Positions 14,720 through 28,856 of a DNA stretch of 64,000 nucleotides are shown one piece after another. Within the stretch, counting starts at the first letter, position 1, and each line of letters begins with the position of its first letter. The translations under genes were made by a program, and so were the position numbers. The stretch is from Octopus vulgaris (Eukaryota). The notes below the pieces were generated by a model. The model was not told the DNA's origin and did no database searches. It saw only the letters and a list, made by a program, of their open reading frames with translations. Location: NCBI GenBank assembly GCA_951406725.2, contig OX597832.1:66216001-66280000 (forward strand). The letters are read 5' to 3'.

Positions 14720-15490
14720 ACTTTTCATCGGCATCTTTGGTACAGTCACTTATCAAGACACACCAAGCATCCTGGGGCGAGTGAAGGATAAGGAATGTTA
14801 CAATATGACTGAAAGCCTGAGGAGTGGAGGTAGTGAGATATATTTATCCAACGTAACACAGACATTATAAATGGATAGGTCTTTGCTAAGGAGGTGGGCA
14901 GTACCTGTCAGCTCAATCTTTTTGATTTCTCTAAAACTTGGTTCTCTTGGGATCTTATCTGACATCCCTTTTTTATCATACCAAGAGCACCTACAATAAC
15001 AGGGACAGTTCGCGTTTTAGGATGCCAGATATTGTAACATTACTTCTAGTTAGGTACAGACGATCATCATCTGAATTTGGGTGGTGCATGTCCTTAGAAG
15101 TTGGTAGTTTTCTTCTCTTCCTGTCCAGGCGTCGAAGATCTGTAAGATTCCAGTTAAGAATATTAAAACTATATTGAACTACTGGAAGTACTAGTGCGTT
15201 AATGGCCTAGATGCAATTTTGGACTTGAGTTCAGTTTTGAGCATGAGTTTTACTCTCCTGTAATTCTCCTTTCTTATTTGTCCTACATAGTAGCATGTTG
15301 TATACCATCTCCTTTGATTATTCCCGGGTAATTTATAAATTTTTTGTGATGGTAGTATCGGTGTTTAATTTAATGGAAGCTGTTTACTTGAGCTTGCCTC
15401 TTAAAAAAGTACTTTAGCACACTTATCAAGGCCAAAATCCACCTTGATGTCATTGTTGAACTCTTTAACTCTTAATATTTATTGCCAAGT
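14720..15490 (-). mobile_element. Old R4/Dong-like LINE fragment next to an (ATT)n/(CAT)n tract
   Basis: Minus translation VKEFNNDIKVDFGLDKCAK and a MHHPNSDDDRLYLTRS motif; the triplet tract at 14645-14716 lies downstream in the element's sense. Confidence 0.75.
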
Positions 15491-15879
15491 TAACATTGCA
15501 GTCCAGAGAAATAAGAGGAATGCTGGCGTTGATATAAATGCTTGTATATGTGTGTAATCTCATAGATACATACACAAAAATGCGCACATTAATTTGCCTT
15601 TAATATGTCAACTATAGAAATCAAATGTATACCAGTCAGAATATCTTTTGGTTTAATTTTGTATCATTTTAAAAATTCTCGCCTAATAATGCTATTTTTC
15701 AACTTGCTAAAGCGAATTCAGTTTTATCATTTTAGTGAAAATGTTTCTCTTGATGAATAGAAGCATACATTTTTGATTCATACGTGATAAATATATAAAT
15801 AAGGTTTATTTGTAATGCAGTTAATTCTTTTTTCATGTATTATATATTCATATATTGAATGTTTAATAAATACAAGCAC

Positions 15880-16330
15880 AATAAACTGATCACAAAAATT
15901 CATGAGTCTTTTTTGCATAATTGTATCAATTTGTGATGCCTCTTAGCTAGTTTCCATGAAAACACGTTCTCCAATTGTTGTTTGTCTTGATACTGAAGAA
16001 AGGAAAATTTTATCAAGAAGTGTGAAAATTGCAACAAATATTTTCATAGTGAAAGAAAAGCATTCGCACCAAGTGGGGAAGGGTTTTCGAAAATATTGTT
16101 TCAGTACATACGGACTGGTATTATCGAAGAAGTGTGAGTTATTAAAAGCAAATATCGATGCCTTTCCACAGAAATTTTTAATGGGCGTTTCGATAATGCT
16201 CACAGAAATAAAACTTTACTGATGATTAAAGTTTTATTGACCTTTCAGCGTTAAACATATCGATGAGAAGAGAGTGGTACATTGAGAATTGTCTAAAGAT
16301 GAAGATGGAGAAACTGCAAAGTAGATAAAA
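15880..16330 (-). mobile_element. Possible MULE (Mutator-like) transposase remnant
   Basis: Degenerate RKPFP..MLFFHY (CxFH-like) and LRGITN*YNYA (RGxxTNNYAE-like) motifs in minus frames. Confidence 0.35.
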
Positions 16331-16599
16331 GATGTTTGAAGATAAAGGATGAGAAATACGCAATAACTGCTACGTGAATTAGACACCATCATTCTAATTT
16401 CGACACTATCATTCGACACTTTCATTTCATCCGATCATCATTTTGCTGTAAAGCGTTCCAGTCAAAACAATGTGGTAGTTTACATCTAAGGAAACGTATT
16501 GTTTAGTATAGGCTATGTTTAAGATGCTGCAATTTAAGTTGTGATGTTTTGATGCAATTTTCAGAAGGTTGAGTTACCATGTTTCAATTGAAGAAAATT

Positions 16600-16820
16600 A
16601 GCATTTTGAGTCCACTGCATTTTCTATTTCGTAAACTTTGAAAAGTCATCTTGATTAGCGTTCACCATTGAGGCGTAAAAACCATTCCTCAATTTTTTTC
16701 TGTAATAGTGCATTCTCCATGCACAACAGGAATGATTCGAGCGGACATGGTAAGTTTCGAACCGTTACTAAAAGCGAAGGCTTACGGGTGTTGAAAAGTT
16801 CACGAAGACACTCTAACACA
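16600..16820 (-). mobile_element. mariner transposase N-terminal (HTH) remnant
   Basis: MSARIIPVVHGECTITE..EWFLRLNG resembles the mariner HTH region (ARxIxxVYGExxxTxxxxxxWFxRF). Confidence 0.5.
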
Positions 16821-17002
16821 AACTATACAATAAAATACATACAGACGCACACACATGTATATGCAATCGTACACATATACACACATACACACACATATAA
16901 GTATAACATGTACATTTAGATGCCCATATACACATACATATTTACACATATATATATACACATGCCTATGCAAGCGCATATATGCCAATATATTCTTAAT
17001 AT

Positions 17003-17116
<114 letters not shown>

Positions 17117-17225
17117 GCTCACATAAAACACTTACACATATTCATACATATATAGTAATAGATGTAAAACGAATAGAAAATTCGTGTGCTGCAAGACGTA
17201 TTTAAGTATTTAGTAAGTAATTGCA

Positions 17226-17380
17226 AGGCAGCTGCCCAATAGAATCATTAGCACGTCCGATTTTAACTACTGAGTCCAAATACCGCCCAGGTGACATTCC
17301 CTTTCATCCTTTCGGGGTTGATACAATAAGAGCCATTTCGAGGCTAAGTTCGATGTAATCAGGCAGACTTTCCCCCTTTA
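17226..17380 (+). mobile_element. tRNA-derived SINE (same family as 60650-60885), decayed
   Basis: Contains CCTTTCATCCTTTCGGGGTTGATA, the central domain shared with 60650-60885. Confidence 0.7.
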
Positions 17381-18828
17381 GCTACTGGCGAAATGTTTTT
17401 AATCATGTCTTTTACATTGTGAAATATGTTAACAGAATCAAAGATATTTAATTTGTTAAATTGGTCATCTTCCTTTCTCGAATAAATCCACATCACGATT
17501 TTGTAGCTAACATTTTTTGACGAGGTTTTCACCACGTGCTTCATTTCATACAACCTCTTCATTTAAAAATAATTTTAGTATAGTTTTCTTCAATATTAGC
17601 TGAGATACTTCGATTCAAAGTCGGTGTTGGGGGCTACTTACCATTTAGAACCACACAGCTTTTTTCCAGCTGATATTTTTTCGCCCTTTTCACTAAGATA
17701 TTCTTCTCAATGAGCACATTTTGTTTATTCCAATCAATTTATACCTTTCTTTTAAATTAACTAATGTATTTTGATGCAATGTCAATGTTTCAATTGATTC
17801 TCACATTTTTGGCATCACATACTTTGACCTATTTTTTAATGACCCACTTATCGGTTATCTGATTTCAAAGTGCAACTGAACACTGGATCATCATTACTAA
17901 AATATTACATTGAACTTGGTTGATGAAACACAAAATTGCTCGCGAGTAACTAAAATAATATGTTAACCTATTACCGTTACAACGGCATGTAATCTCTAGG
18001 GATAAATCAAAAATATATTCTGCACCACGTCCAAACGTTTTATCAACAAATTGTTGTTTACAAAAGAACTGTGAAACAGATACAAATAATTATGTATGGC
18101 CTCAACAATTTTGCAATGTCCTGTAGAAGTTTGTAAAAGCTTCCTGTCTTGAAGAATTTGAAAGGAAACCACCGAAGAAATAACTAAAAATATAGAAAAC
18201 AAAGAACCTGAACTAGCAAGAACCCATACTGAAATTCATAAACAAGGTGTATAATTGATTCTAATGGATACGGGCAAAGAAAATTTATTCGTGATAGGCA
18301 TGGGATATAAAATCAGCAATCATTAACGAAAACAGGGACGGAAAAGTGTAAAGTAGGGAAGTAGAAGGAAAATAAAAATTACTGAAAGCTACATACATGA
18401 AATTCATTGATATACAACTAAACAAATACTCAGGTTTAGAGATAGAATATGCGGTTGTGCAGGAAAATGTAAAATTGAAAACAGAATTGGATAGAAGTTT
18501 AAGTGTGTTTACAATTGAAGATCATAAATGTAACCTGAGATATTAATAGATTTGGTTCAATACATAGTGACAAATATCTCCTCACTATGTGCTTACTTGT
18601 CAAAGAAATGGAAATACAGGCACTGCCTAGTATTCATACAGTTTATATATCTATCTGTACATGCTTAAAATTGGTTAAAATTCGGTGTAGCGACGACGAC
18701 GAATAACATTACCTCTTTCTGAGTAATACAACTTGAATTGTGAACACGGAATTTCCTTTATCTGGTACAGATTTATATATACATATACATATACATATAC
18801 ATACATACATACATACATACATACATAC

Positions 18829-18882
<54 letters not shown>

Positions 18883-18980
18883 GGGGGGGGGTGGGGGTGG
18901 GGGTGTGTGTGGGTGTGAGTGTGTGTGTGTGTGCATGTGTGTGTATAAAGAAAGGAAAACAATTGTAGGTGTAGAATTAC

Positions 18981-19290
18981 TTTACTTCATAATCCAGATT
19001 GGTACAGATCCAGCAGAAATTCTATAATTGTTTCGAAGTCTAATTAAATCCAAAGAAAAAAACCCCAAAAACTCTACTTGAAATAAAAATTAGATTCTTC
19101 GCCAGGAATTGGTATGAATAATTACGACCAACAAAAATATAAAAATAGCTTTCGTAGCCCAAACAGGATCGAAAAAAATTTTATTTCTATGTCAAGAAGA
19201 GTTTTTCGTTTTTGTCTTTCGAATTAATTAAATTCCGAAACAATCGTAGAATTTGCATTGGATCTGTACCAACCTGGATTATGAATTAAA
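18981..19290. mobile_element. MITE/foldback element with long imperfect inverted repeats
   Basis: TTCATAATCCAGATTGGTACAGATCC at the left matches GGATCTGTACCAACCTGGATTATGAA at the right; inverted similarity extends about 100 bp inward. Confidence 0.75.
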
Positions 19291-19435
19291 GATCAACTAA
19301 ACGAACAATTTTTCTCTTATACTTCATTTATTGTTTTTGCAAGTTCTAAATATATATAAAATACATACAATACTTGGACTGTACCGGCGGATTTGGATGT
19401 TTGATATACCTTTGGAGGATTTCCGTCCTCTCCTG

Positions 19436-19511
<76 letters not shown>

Positions 19512-20831
19512 TCGAGAGACAACGAGACTATAGATAAAAAGTCTAACCCAATGCAATTCCATAAAACTTTATTTCGGATTTAAAAGGTGAAATATTTGCT
19601 AATTCAAAATTGTTTATATTTTATACTTTTCCCTACAAGTGGTTAGCTGGTGACCGATTTGATGACTTTGCTGATGTCAACAATAGTTAAATGAGATTAC
19701 TTATGGCAATTTTTACAGTTGGTAAAAACTTCAAATAGTTTCTATATTAACTTCAAGAGTAGCTGCCTCAATCTTAATCTGCAGTGAATTAAAAATTTCC
19801 TAAAATATTTTGGAAGAAATATGAAGCAGGCAAGATGTTAGCATCGTATGAGTGTCACAAATTTGAAACAACCGTTTTGGTTCTCTCACTCCGATATCTA
19901 AAATTGTTAGTTCTGCGTTTCATACAAGTTGCATAAAGTAACACACTAGTACAAGACGACAGACTCTGATTCTATTCTGATCTCTAATATTTTACAGTTA
20001 CTTCTAAGTAACTATTAAGTTACACATCAATTCAGATTTCAAGGATTGTGGTTATTTTTCACTTATTAGTCCTTTTTTTTTATTTTTAAATATTAATATG
20101 AAAAGCACTACCATTCGGATGATTATGGTTTTTCCACCAAAAATGCCACGTATATATCTCTGACCACAGAAGCGACGCCGGAAAATACTAGCAGGTTGTA
20201 ATCACAATTTCTATTTCTCTTTACTTTTTCTTTTCAACGACTCAGTATCTCCGAGATAGTTGAAACTAGATAGTCGCAGCCAGAAATTTTAACTTCAATT
20301 CATCTAATATGAAATAATTTATACTATACTTACGTATTGGGTGATTTTCTTATAGTAGTTGATAAACACATTATCATAAGTTCGTAACTCTCTATATAAA
20401 TCAGAAATTTACGATTTGTAAATTTCACAACGCGAGATATTCAGCAACAGTAATTTGGAGTAAAGATTGTTTGCCAACATGACATGCCTGTCCGAGTTTA
20501 GGGAAATAACACGGAAACAGCGATACACATATATTGCTTTGAGGTGAGTGGGGGTGCTAGATTCCTTGTTCGAAAATATAAGGAGAAAGGTCGCATAGCC
20601 AGCTGGAGACAATGTCTCCTGGGGCTAAATTATAGCAATCTCCATCCTAAACCAGGACTGCCATGTTATGTTGGCAGGTAATCTTTACTCTTTCTTACGC
20701 TCTCTCTCTCTCTCTCTCTCTTTGTATATATATATATATACATATATATATATGTAGGTTGAGTCGGGGTTAACCACAGCTTCCTGATGATTTCTTTTGA
20801 ATGAAACAGTTCTAGTAGAAGCTCCTTCTAT

Positions 20832-20876
<45 letters not shown>

Positions 20877-21600
20877 GTATATATACGCGCGTGTGTGTAT
20901 CCATGTGCGAATGTTTCTATATGTGTGTGTATGTATGTATACATATATATGCTTGTATATGCATGAATGCATACACATAAATATTTAAATATATTTATTA
21001 TGATCATTGTCATTAATATCATTATTATTATAATTATCATAATTATCATAATAAAATAATAATAATAATAATAATAATGATAATAATATCTATCATTACT
21101 ATTATTAATATTATTATTTTTTAACGATTACATCGTTAATATACATACTTTCATTTATACGTATACACATACACATTCTTTAACAAACACATACCACCTT
21201 TCGATACCGTGTATCATTAGATATAGAGTGACAGCTATTTATAAAATTTCACACTGTATGATCCTTAATACTTTCACAATGAATAATTGTTGACAAAATA
21301 GATCTTGCTGTATGCTGTATTGATTAAGTAGGTGAGGTGCGATAGGGCAAATAATGAATTGTAGCAATAGCGTTAACAAAGGATCGATATTATTAGCACT
21401 TCACATATCAGCTGTATCATTAAGACAAAAAAAAGGTTGTCTATCTTCTTTGACATTTGACTTCGCTTATTTCACTTTGACATTATGTGAAGTATAAATG
21501 TGCCAAGAAAATAAATATATAACAAATGTAAATATATTTCTTTCCTTTAGTAATGATGATAGCGGTCTTCGTTAGTTTTGATACTGATGGGCAATAACAA

Positions 21601-21687
<87 letters not shown>

Positions 21688-21689
<2 letters not shown>

Positions 21690-24290
21690 TAGCAGTATCG
21701 CCTGGCGTTGCTCGGGTTTATTTCGATTCTTTGGAATTCGATTGAATAAACAGCCAACTCTCGCGCTCGTATGTATGCACACACACACTCACACACACAC
21801 ACACACACACTTACACACATACACACACGCACATTCACACACTCACGCTCGCATGCACACACGCAAATATTATTTCGCAGCAGATAAGTAATCTTGATAT
21901 TTATGTACAGTCGTTATTGTAAATGTTATCATTGAAACTACTGAGTTGTTCCCCTTACAACTTATCTATTTCCGAATGCTGAAATATTTAAAAAGAATCC
22001 CTCTTTTTGTCATAGCAACTACATCTTAATAGCTTGTGAAATTTTACCATCCCGGGCTGCATCTTCACAACGCATTTAGTATCCCTGCCAATTTTCAGCT
22101 CGATCCTAGCACGTCTAGTGCCATTGAATCCTTACCAAAGCCAAAGTGTGTAAGTTTTTTTCCTCTTTTATATAGGTAGATTAAGAGCACTTTCAGTTCG
22201 ATTTTTGAGGGGATTCTGCAAAATAATTATCTCTTTTTGAGCTATTTTTTGACCCCATTTTCAACTGAGAACTCCTTAAAAAGGTACACTCAAAACTGCT
22301 AGAATTTGCCTTTTTCAAGCTTGGTAATTCAAACTTGGTCCAATCGATTCAGCAAATTTTTCTACGAATATGCTCATATTTTGTATTTCGAAAAACTAAA
22401 AAATTGAACGTGTTTTCGCCCCATTTTTCTGTTGCATTCGCGCAAACATGCGCACAGTCACGCGTACAATCCAACATGTTGCGTGAACACAACTCAAAGC
22501 AATGGTATATGACATCAACTCGCTCGCAGAAAATGCGGGCCTTTGTTATCGAGATAGAGGCTTGAAACTTACTTTGGCCATAACTACACCACACCTTCTA
22601 TAGGTGTGCAAATTTTCAACTCGATCCTAGCACGTCTAGTACCATTGAATCCTTTGGAATTTTTGAAAAGTAAAAATTTTGCATTATGTAGCTTGTTATT
22701 CTCTTTAAGTGAAATTTTTTCTGGTTGAAATACACCAAAAATTGGCGACGCAGCAGTCAAAAAATCGTAAAAAATAGGGATTTTCATACAAAAAAAATGC
22801 ACCTTTTCGATGTAAATAATTTTTGGTGTTAACATGGTCCGATTTGAATTTTTTCTTCTACGGAAGGAAGAGCAAGCCTTCTATCATACTCTCAATTTTG
22901 GTCAACTTGCGCCCCAGGGTCTCGGAGGAGATAGTGTTAGTTGAAGGCTCCCAAACCTGACATGCACAGACAACTTCAGATTTTTATATAGACTACTCGT
23001 AACCCGTTGGGTCACCGGAAAAGTCAGTTTCCCAGCAACAGAGTTTTGTTTCGTGGGGTTTTTTCTTATTTTTCCAGATTATTTTGCATGCTTTCAACGA
23101 AGGTGACTTCGATACCACGAGTAAGCAACTCCTTTCCCCAGAAAAGAAAAGATTTGGCTGCTATTTCTTGCACGCTCTGCTACCACATAACAGGTACTTC
23201 GGGTCCTTTATCGCAAATAGCGGTTACGTGGTAGCGGGGCGTGCCAGAAATAGCAGTCAATTATTTGGAAGTGAGATACGTTGAATGCACTCGGAAAAAA
23301 CCTATGGAAAAAAATTTCACACTGAGGTTACAAACAGGTCTTTTAGGAAATATTTACGCCAAAATGAATTTTTATAATGGTATTCACTTGAAAATAAGTT
23401 TTAAAAACCATTGAAATATTGTCCATTCAAAGAAAACTAAAATATAAATACTTATTGTACAAACAACTTACATTTTTGAAATCACATTCACTTAAAAATA
23501 TTACTAAATGATTAGGCACTGGACCACGTGCGACTGTTTACATAAGATCGTCACTTTTCGTAAAATTTTAATTTTTTAATATATGTGGGGTGGGGGGAAG
23601 GGTATCTTTTCCAGTGGAGATAAAAGCCAGACAGATAGAGCGCGAAATTATTTTGAAGTTGGCGTTCCGTTTGTGTGTGTGTGAAGTCGGGAAAGTGATT
23701 GGTCGCTTCCGTCCTTGTCAAGGGGCGTGCATGTGTTTGTGAGGGAGAAAGAGAGACAGAGAGATAGCGTATGTGTGTGTGTGTGTGTTTGATGGGGCGT
23801 GCGATATGGGCGAGAGAGTTAACTTAAATTTTGTTATTCACTTGTTACAGTGAGAGAAAATGTTAGTGAGTAACAGAGAAAAGGAGAGAGGGGTTATGTA
23901 TGTTGGCGGGGGGTTTCCATTAGAAAAGTTTGCCAGAGAGAGGCTGGGGGCGAAAGAGCGACAGAGAGACAGCGAATACGGAGAGAGAAAGAGAGTGAGT
24001 AGAAGCTGTGGAAAGCCGTTATAGAGATAAAGAGGGGGAAGGGTGAAAGAGAGATATGAAAGAAGAAAGGGTGATAACCATTAGAGAGAAACAACAAACA
24101 CTTGTCAATTTTCACTCGCTTTGCCATAGCAACCACATCTTTATAGATTGCGAATTTTAACCATCACAGGTCGGATCGTTACCACGCATTTAGTATCCCT
24201 GCCAGTTTTCAACTCGATCCTTGCACGTGTAGTGCCATTGAATCCTTACCAAAGCCAAAATGTCAAGTTTTTTTCCTCTTTTATATAGGT
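21688..24290 (+). mobile_element. Cluster of non-autonomous Helitron/Helentron-like (HINE-type) elements
   Basis: 5' end ACTAGCAGTATCGCCTGGCGTTGCTCGGG; 3' ends of the TTTTATATAG(G)T type at about 22177, 22992 and 24290; an approx. 165-bp block repeated at 22011-22177 and 24125-24290, partial at 22610-22655. Confidence 0.6.
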
Positions 24291-24295
24291 GCATA

Positions 24296-24326
<31 letters not shown>

Positions 24327-24329
24327 CGG

Positions 24330-24575
24330 TGAAAATAGTAGAGGTCGTGCCTATAATTATTAGTTCGTTGGGAACAGTAAGCCTAGACATAGACAAAACG
24401 GCTGAAGTAGATTGAAATACAAAATTTGTCTCTAAGGGACTGCAAGGATTATCAGGAGTGTTCTAAGCAGAGTTGAAAAACTGCTGGAAGCATGTGACAC
24501 CAAAGGTTACATATAGTAACTTGCTACCCACATAAATCCTACGGGAACAAAACCGAGCCTAAGCCAAACGAATAT

Positions 24576-24577
<2 letters not shown>
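24330..24577 (+). mobile_element. 3' end of a second R4/Dong-like family
   Basis: EVVPIIISSLGTV...GTARIIRSVL, the RLE-LINE C-terminus, then a short 3' UTR running into (TAA)n. Confidence 0.65.
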
Positions 24578-24635
<58 letters not shown>

Positions 24636-24650
24636 CATAATAATAATAAT

Positions 24651-26780
24651 AAAGAAGAAATGCCTCAGTATGGCCTTGACTGACTACAAAAAGGCGTTTG
24701 ATAGCATCCCCCACACATGGATCCTCGAAACACTAGTCATTAATAAAGTAGCACCAACCCTTATAAAATTCATAGGGCACTCTATGAATAAATGGCAAAC
24801 CGTGCTACAGCTCCAAACAAAAGAGGGACTCATGAAAACGAAAGCTATCCCCATTAGAAGAGGAATATTCCAGGGAGACACGCTCTCTCCACTTCTTTTC
24901 AGCTTGGCACTGTCACCTCTATCTGATATGCTAAATAGAACTGGATGCGGATATAAATTTTACGGCAAAATGATCAGCCACCTTTTATATATGGATGACC
25001 TAAAACTATACGCTGCAAATGACAAACAGCTGGAAACACTATTAAAGACAGTTCATGGATTTACCAAAGAAATAGAAATGAAATTTGGATTAGAAAAATG
25101 CGCCAAAGTAACCATGAAAGGAGGAAAACTAGTTAAAAGTAGTAACATCACACTAGATAAAACCAATGGAATAAAAGAATTAGACCAAAGCCAAACTTAC
25201 AAATACTTAGGAATCCATGAACTAGGTAAGACACAATACACACAAATGAAAGAGAAAATAACAACAAATGAAAAGAATAAAAAAGAATATTATAAACGAG
25301 TTGGATCAATACTAAAAACAGAGCTCAATGCTAAAAACAAGATAACAGGTATTAACACTTTAGCTGTCCCAGTTATAAGTTACAGCTACAATATCCTTAA
25401 CTGGACACTAAATGAACTGACCAAAATAGATAGGAAGACAAGAAAAATAATGACAGGATCTAGGATGCATCACCCAAAATCTGACATAGAAAGACTATAT
25501 ATACAACGTATAGAAGGTGGTAGAGGCCTTATACATCTGGAAAACTACTATAAAATAACCACCATAGGACTGCAAAAATATCTACTTCAGAAGGAAGGAA
25601 AACTGATACAAATAGCAGCAAAACACGAACAAAACAAAAAACTGTTCTCAGTATTTAAGGAAGCTGACAAATACAAACAAGAAATCATACCACCTAATAA
25701 ATATGAAGAAGAAGAAGAAGAAGAAGAAGAAGAAGAAGAAGAAGAAGAAGAAGAAGAAGAAGAAGAAGAAGAAGAAGAAGAAGAAGAAGAAGAAGAAGAA
25801 GAAGAAGAAGAAGAAGAAGAAGAAGAAGAAGAAGAAGAAGAAGAAAGAAACAACAACAAAAGCTATAAAACAAATGAAATCCAAACTAAAAACAGAACAG
25901 CAACGAACCATGATAAAACGATGGCAAGAAAAGACCCTTCATGGTAAATAATGGACTAAACTAAATGCAAAAGAAATAGACAAAGAAAAATTCCAGCAAT
26001 GGTTGAGAAGCTCAGGACTCAAAGCAGAGACAGAGGGATTTTTAATTGCAGCACAAGACCAAAGCCTCCCCACCAGAAATTACCAAAAACATGTAATGAA
26101 AAGAAATATAACAAGTAACTGCAGAATATGTGGAGATGGACAAGAAACAATAAATCATATTATCTCTGGCTGCCCAGTCCTGGCTAAGAAGGAATATATT
26201 CACAGACATGACAGAGTTGGAACCTACATACACTGGAAGCTATGCCAACATTATGGAATAGCAACAGAAAAAAGATGGTATAGGCACACACCAGAAAAGG
26301 TCACAGAAAACGAGAAAGCAACCATACTCTGGGTATGCCGATACACACAGATAGAGAAATTAAGGCCAACAGACCAGATATAGTTGTCAGAGATCATGAA
26401 GAAAAAAATGCTTTCTAATTGATGTATCAATACCGACAGATGACAACGTGTCTCTAAAAGAAATGGAGAAACTTTCAAAATACAAAGACCTGGAAATAGA
26501 GGTAACCCGAATGTGGAATCTAGATACAAAAACAATTCCTATCATAGTAGGTGCATTAGGCATGATAAAAAAATATTCAGACATAACAAAAACACCAGGA
26601 CTTACAAACACATATAACATACAGAAAATTGCACTACTAGGCACTGCACACATCCTACGCAGAACACTTTCCATACAATAACCATAAGAGCATCACAACA
26701 AATCACAGCACATACCCAAGGCACACAGAGCTGCGCTCGGTAGTAAAGTGAAAGCACGCTATAAAAATAAAACTACTGAA
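24651..26780 (+). mobile_element. Young 5'-truncated R4/Dong-like non-LTR retrotransposon (RT, CCHC, RLE) in (TAA)n
   Basis: RT motifs DYKKAFDSIPH, RGIFQGDTLSPLLF, HLLYMDDLK; knuckle CRICGDGQETINHIISGC; RHD; RPDIVV; EKLSKYKDL; (TAA)n on both sides; internal (GAA)n expansion and frameshifts. Confidence 0.95.
25705..25844 (+). repeat. (GAA)n expansion inside the LINE ORF
   Basis: About 140 bp of pure GAA encoding poly-E, followed by a frameshift. Confidence 0.95.
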
Positions 26781-26847
26781 TAACAATAATAATAATATTA
26801 TTATTAATAATAATAATATTAATAATAATAATAATAATAATAATAAT

Positions 26848-28085
26848 GTGGTAAAAAGTTTAGCTAACGCCAACATTCCCACAAAAAGTCTACTTAACAA
26901 GAGAGCATTCAACACCAAATGCAGCGACTTAGATCTGACATAGAATGTGTAGAAAACATTAAGTTTGACAAGACTATGAGCACAACAAAAATCTGAGATT
27001 TAAAGAAAAATATATATGTAAACAGTTATTGACATCGATACCACTACAGAATCAACCAAGCAAATGGTGTGCTAAAGCTGCACGCATAGCAAGTTGTGAA
27101 AAGCGCGTTAGATTCATCAAGGACAACATGTTCAAAAATAATCCCAAAATATTTGTTGGAAGATAGGGTAAATACCAGTTATAGTAAAGTTTGTCCCATC
27201 AAAAGGAGTGCAGGAATGTTCGAATACAATTTGGGCAGTAAAAATAATACACAACGAAAGGGCCCTTGGATTGATAGACTATCTACAGACTTAGACTCTT
27301 TAGAAGAACTAATGTAGGAGTGTATCAATGTAGAGGATGTTAGATCTGCTCGGGGGAATCACGCCAATGGAAGTCTCCAGGAAAGGATAAAATTCCAAAC
27401 TTCTGTTTGACTGCCTACCCAGGGAGCCATGAACTGCATACAAAACATTTTTGCAACAATGGCTAGCTAATGGTGTAACATTCCTACTTCAGAAAAATGA
27501 AGAAAAAAATGACCTAAGAAAATTATGACCCATGGCCTACTTAACAACATTGTATAAAATACTGACATTTGTCTTAACTGAATATACCTATATATTTTTT
27601 TTTAGTAGAAACTGGCATATTCCCTAATGAGCAAAAAAGATGTAAACGTGGGTCCCATGGTTGAAATTATCAGCTACTCATCAATAAGATGAACTTGGAA
27701 GATTGTCACAAACAACATAAAAGCTTGAATAGACAATATAAATTGTTTTGATAGTCTACCATATAACTGGATTAAGAAATGTCTGGAAATGTATAAAATA
27801 GCACCTACTCTACAAAACATCTTATCTGTAACTATGAGATCATGGAGAACCACACTGACTTTGAATAGTGACAATGAAGCTCCTCATGCTGGAGATAAAA
27901 GAATTCCATGTGGCATTTTCCATGGTGAATATATATCACCACTATTCTTTTGTTTAGCCTTAATACCTCTCTCGAAACTGCACAATGATTTACAATATGG
28001 TTATATAATGTTTGATAAAAACATAAACCATCTTATTTCCATGGAAGATTTAAAGCTCTTTGCAAAAGATGACCAACAACTACAG
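26848..28085 (+). mobile_element. Older R4/Dong-like LINE (RT region), third family
   Basis: WKSPGKDKIPNF; IFPNEQKRCKRGS; CGIFHGEYISPLFFCLAL; HLISMEDLKLFAK; preceded by (TAA)n. Confidence 0.85.
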
Positions 28086-28415
28086 TCATAATAATATACG
28101 AATGAACAACAAACATATTCTCACCGGTGGGCTTTCCAATAACCCCAGTTATATTCTGTTTACGTCCCGTAACATAGCGATTCAGTGATAAGATACAATG
28201 GAATAAGTACTGGACATGAAAATATATTCTATTGGTATTATTGAGTTCGATTGAACATTTCAAGGCTATACTCCACCATGGTCGTACAACTCTGAGTGAC
28301 ACAAGTACAAGATAAAGACATATCCAGAGCATGCATACATACTTGCATGCAGACACCCACATATATACATACATACGTACGTATATACATAAATACATGC
28401 ATACATACATACATG

Positions 28416-28447
<32 letters not shown>

Positions 28448-28493
28448 CATACATACATACATACATACATACATACATACATACATACATACA

Positions 28494-28525
<32 letters not shown>

Positions 28526-28809
28526 AAGCAATCGTGAAAAATAAGGCTTCTCAAAACCAGAAAGGAGAAAGTTAATTCGAAGACTATAGATCCAATTCAT
28601 CACAGGAACTGTAAAAATCAGTAAAACTATCCAAAAGTTTATCATTTAAATATACATGAGCATGTCTAGATATGTAACTATATGCAAGAGAATACACATG
28701 TAAAACATACAAATCTTCGCGTGCATACATTCATACACATATATATGCATGCATACATATATACATGCATACATACATACCTTCAAAAATACTCTGTTGT
28801 TGATGTTGA

Positions 28810-28856
28810 AATTCCACTGAAGAAACCTTGAGTCTAGGTTAGAAACCTGTTCTTTC
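28810..28856 (+). ncRNA. Degenerate HHR-like motif (PLE-type terminal repeat)
   Basis: CTGAAGA-AACCT..AGGTT-A-GAAA-CCTG-TT; stem I is weak. Confidence 0.35.
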
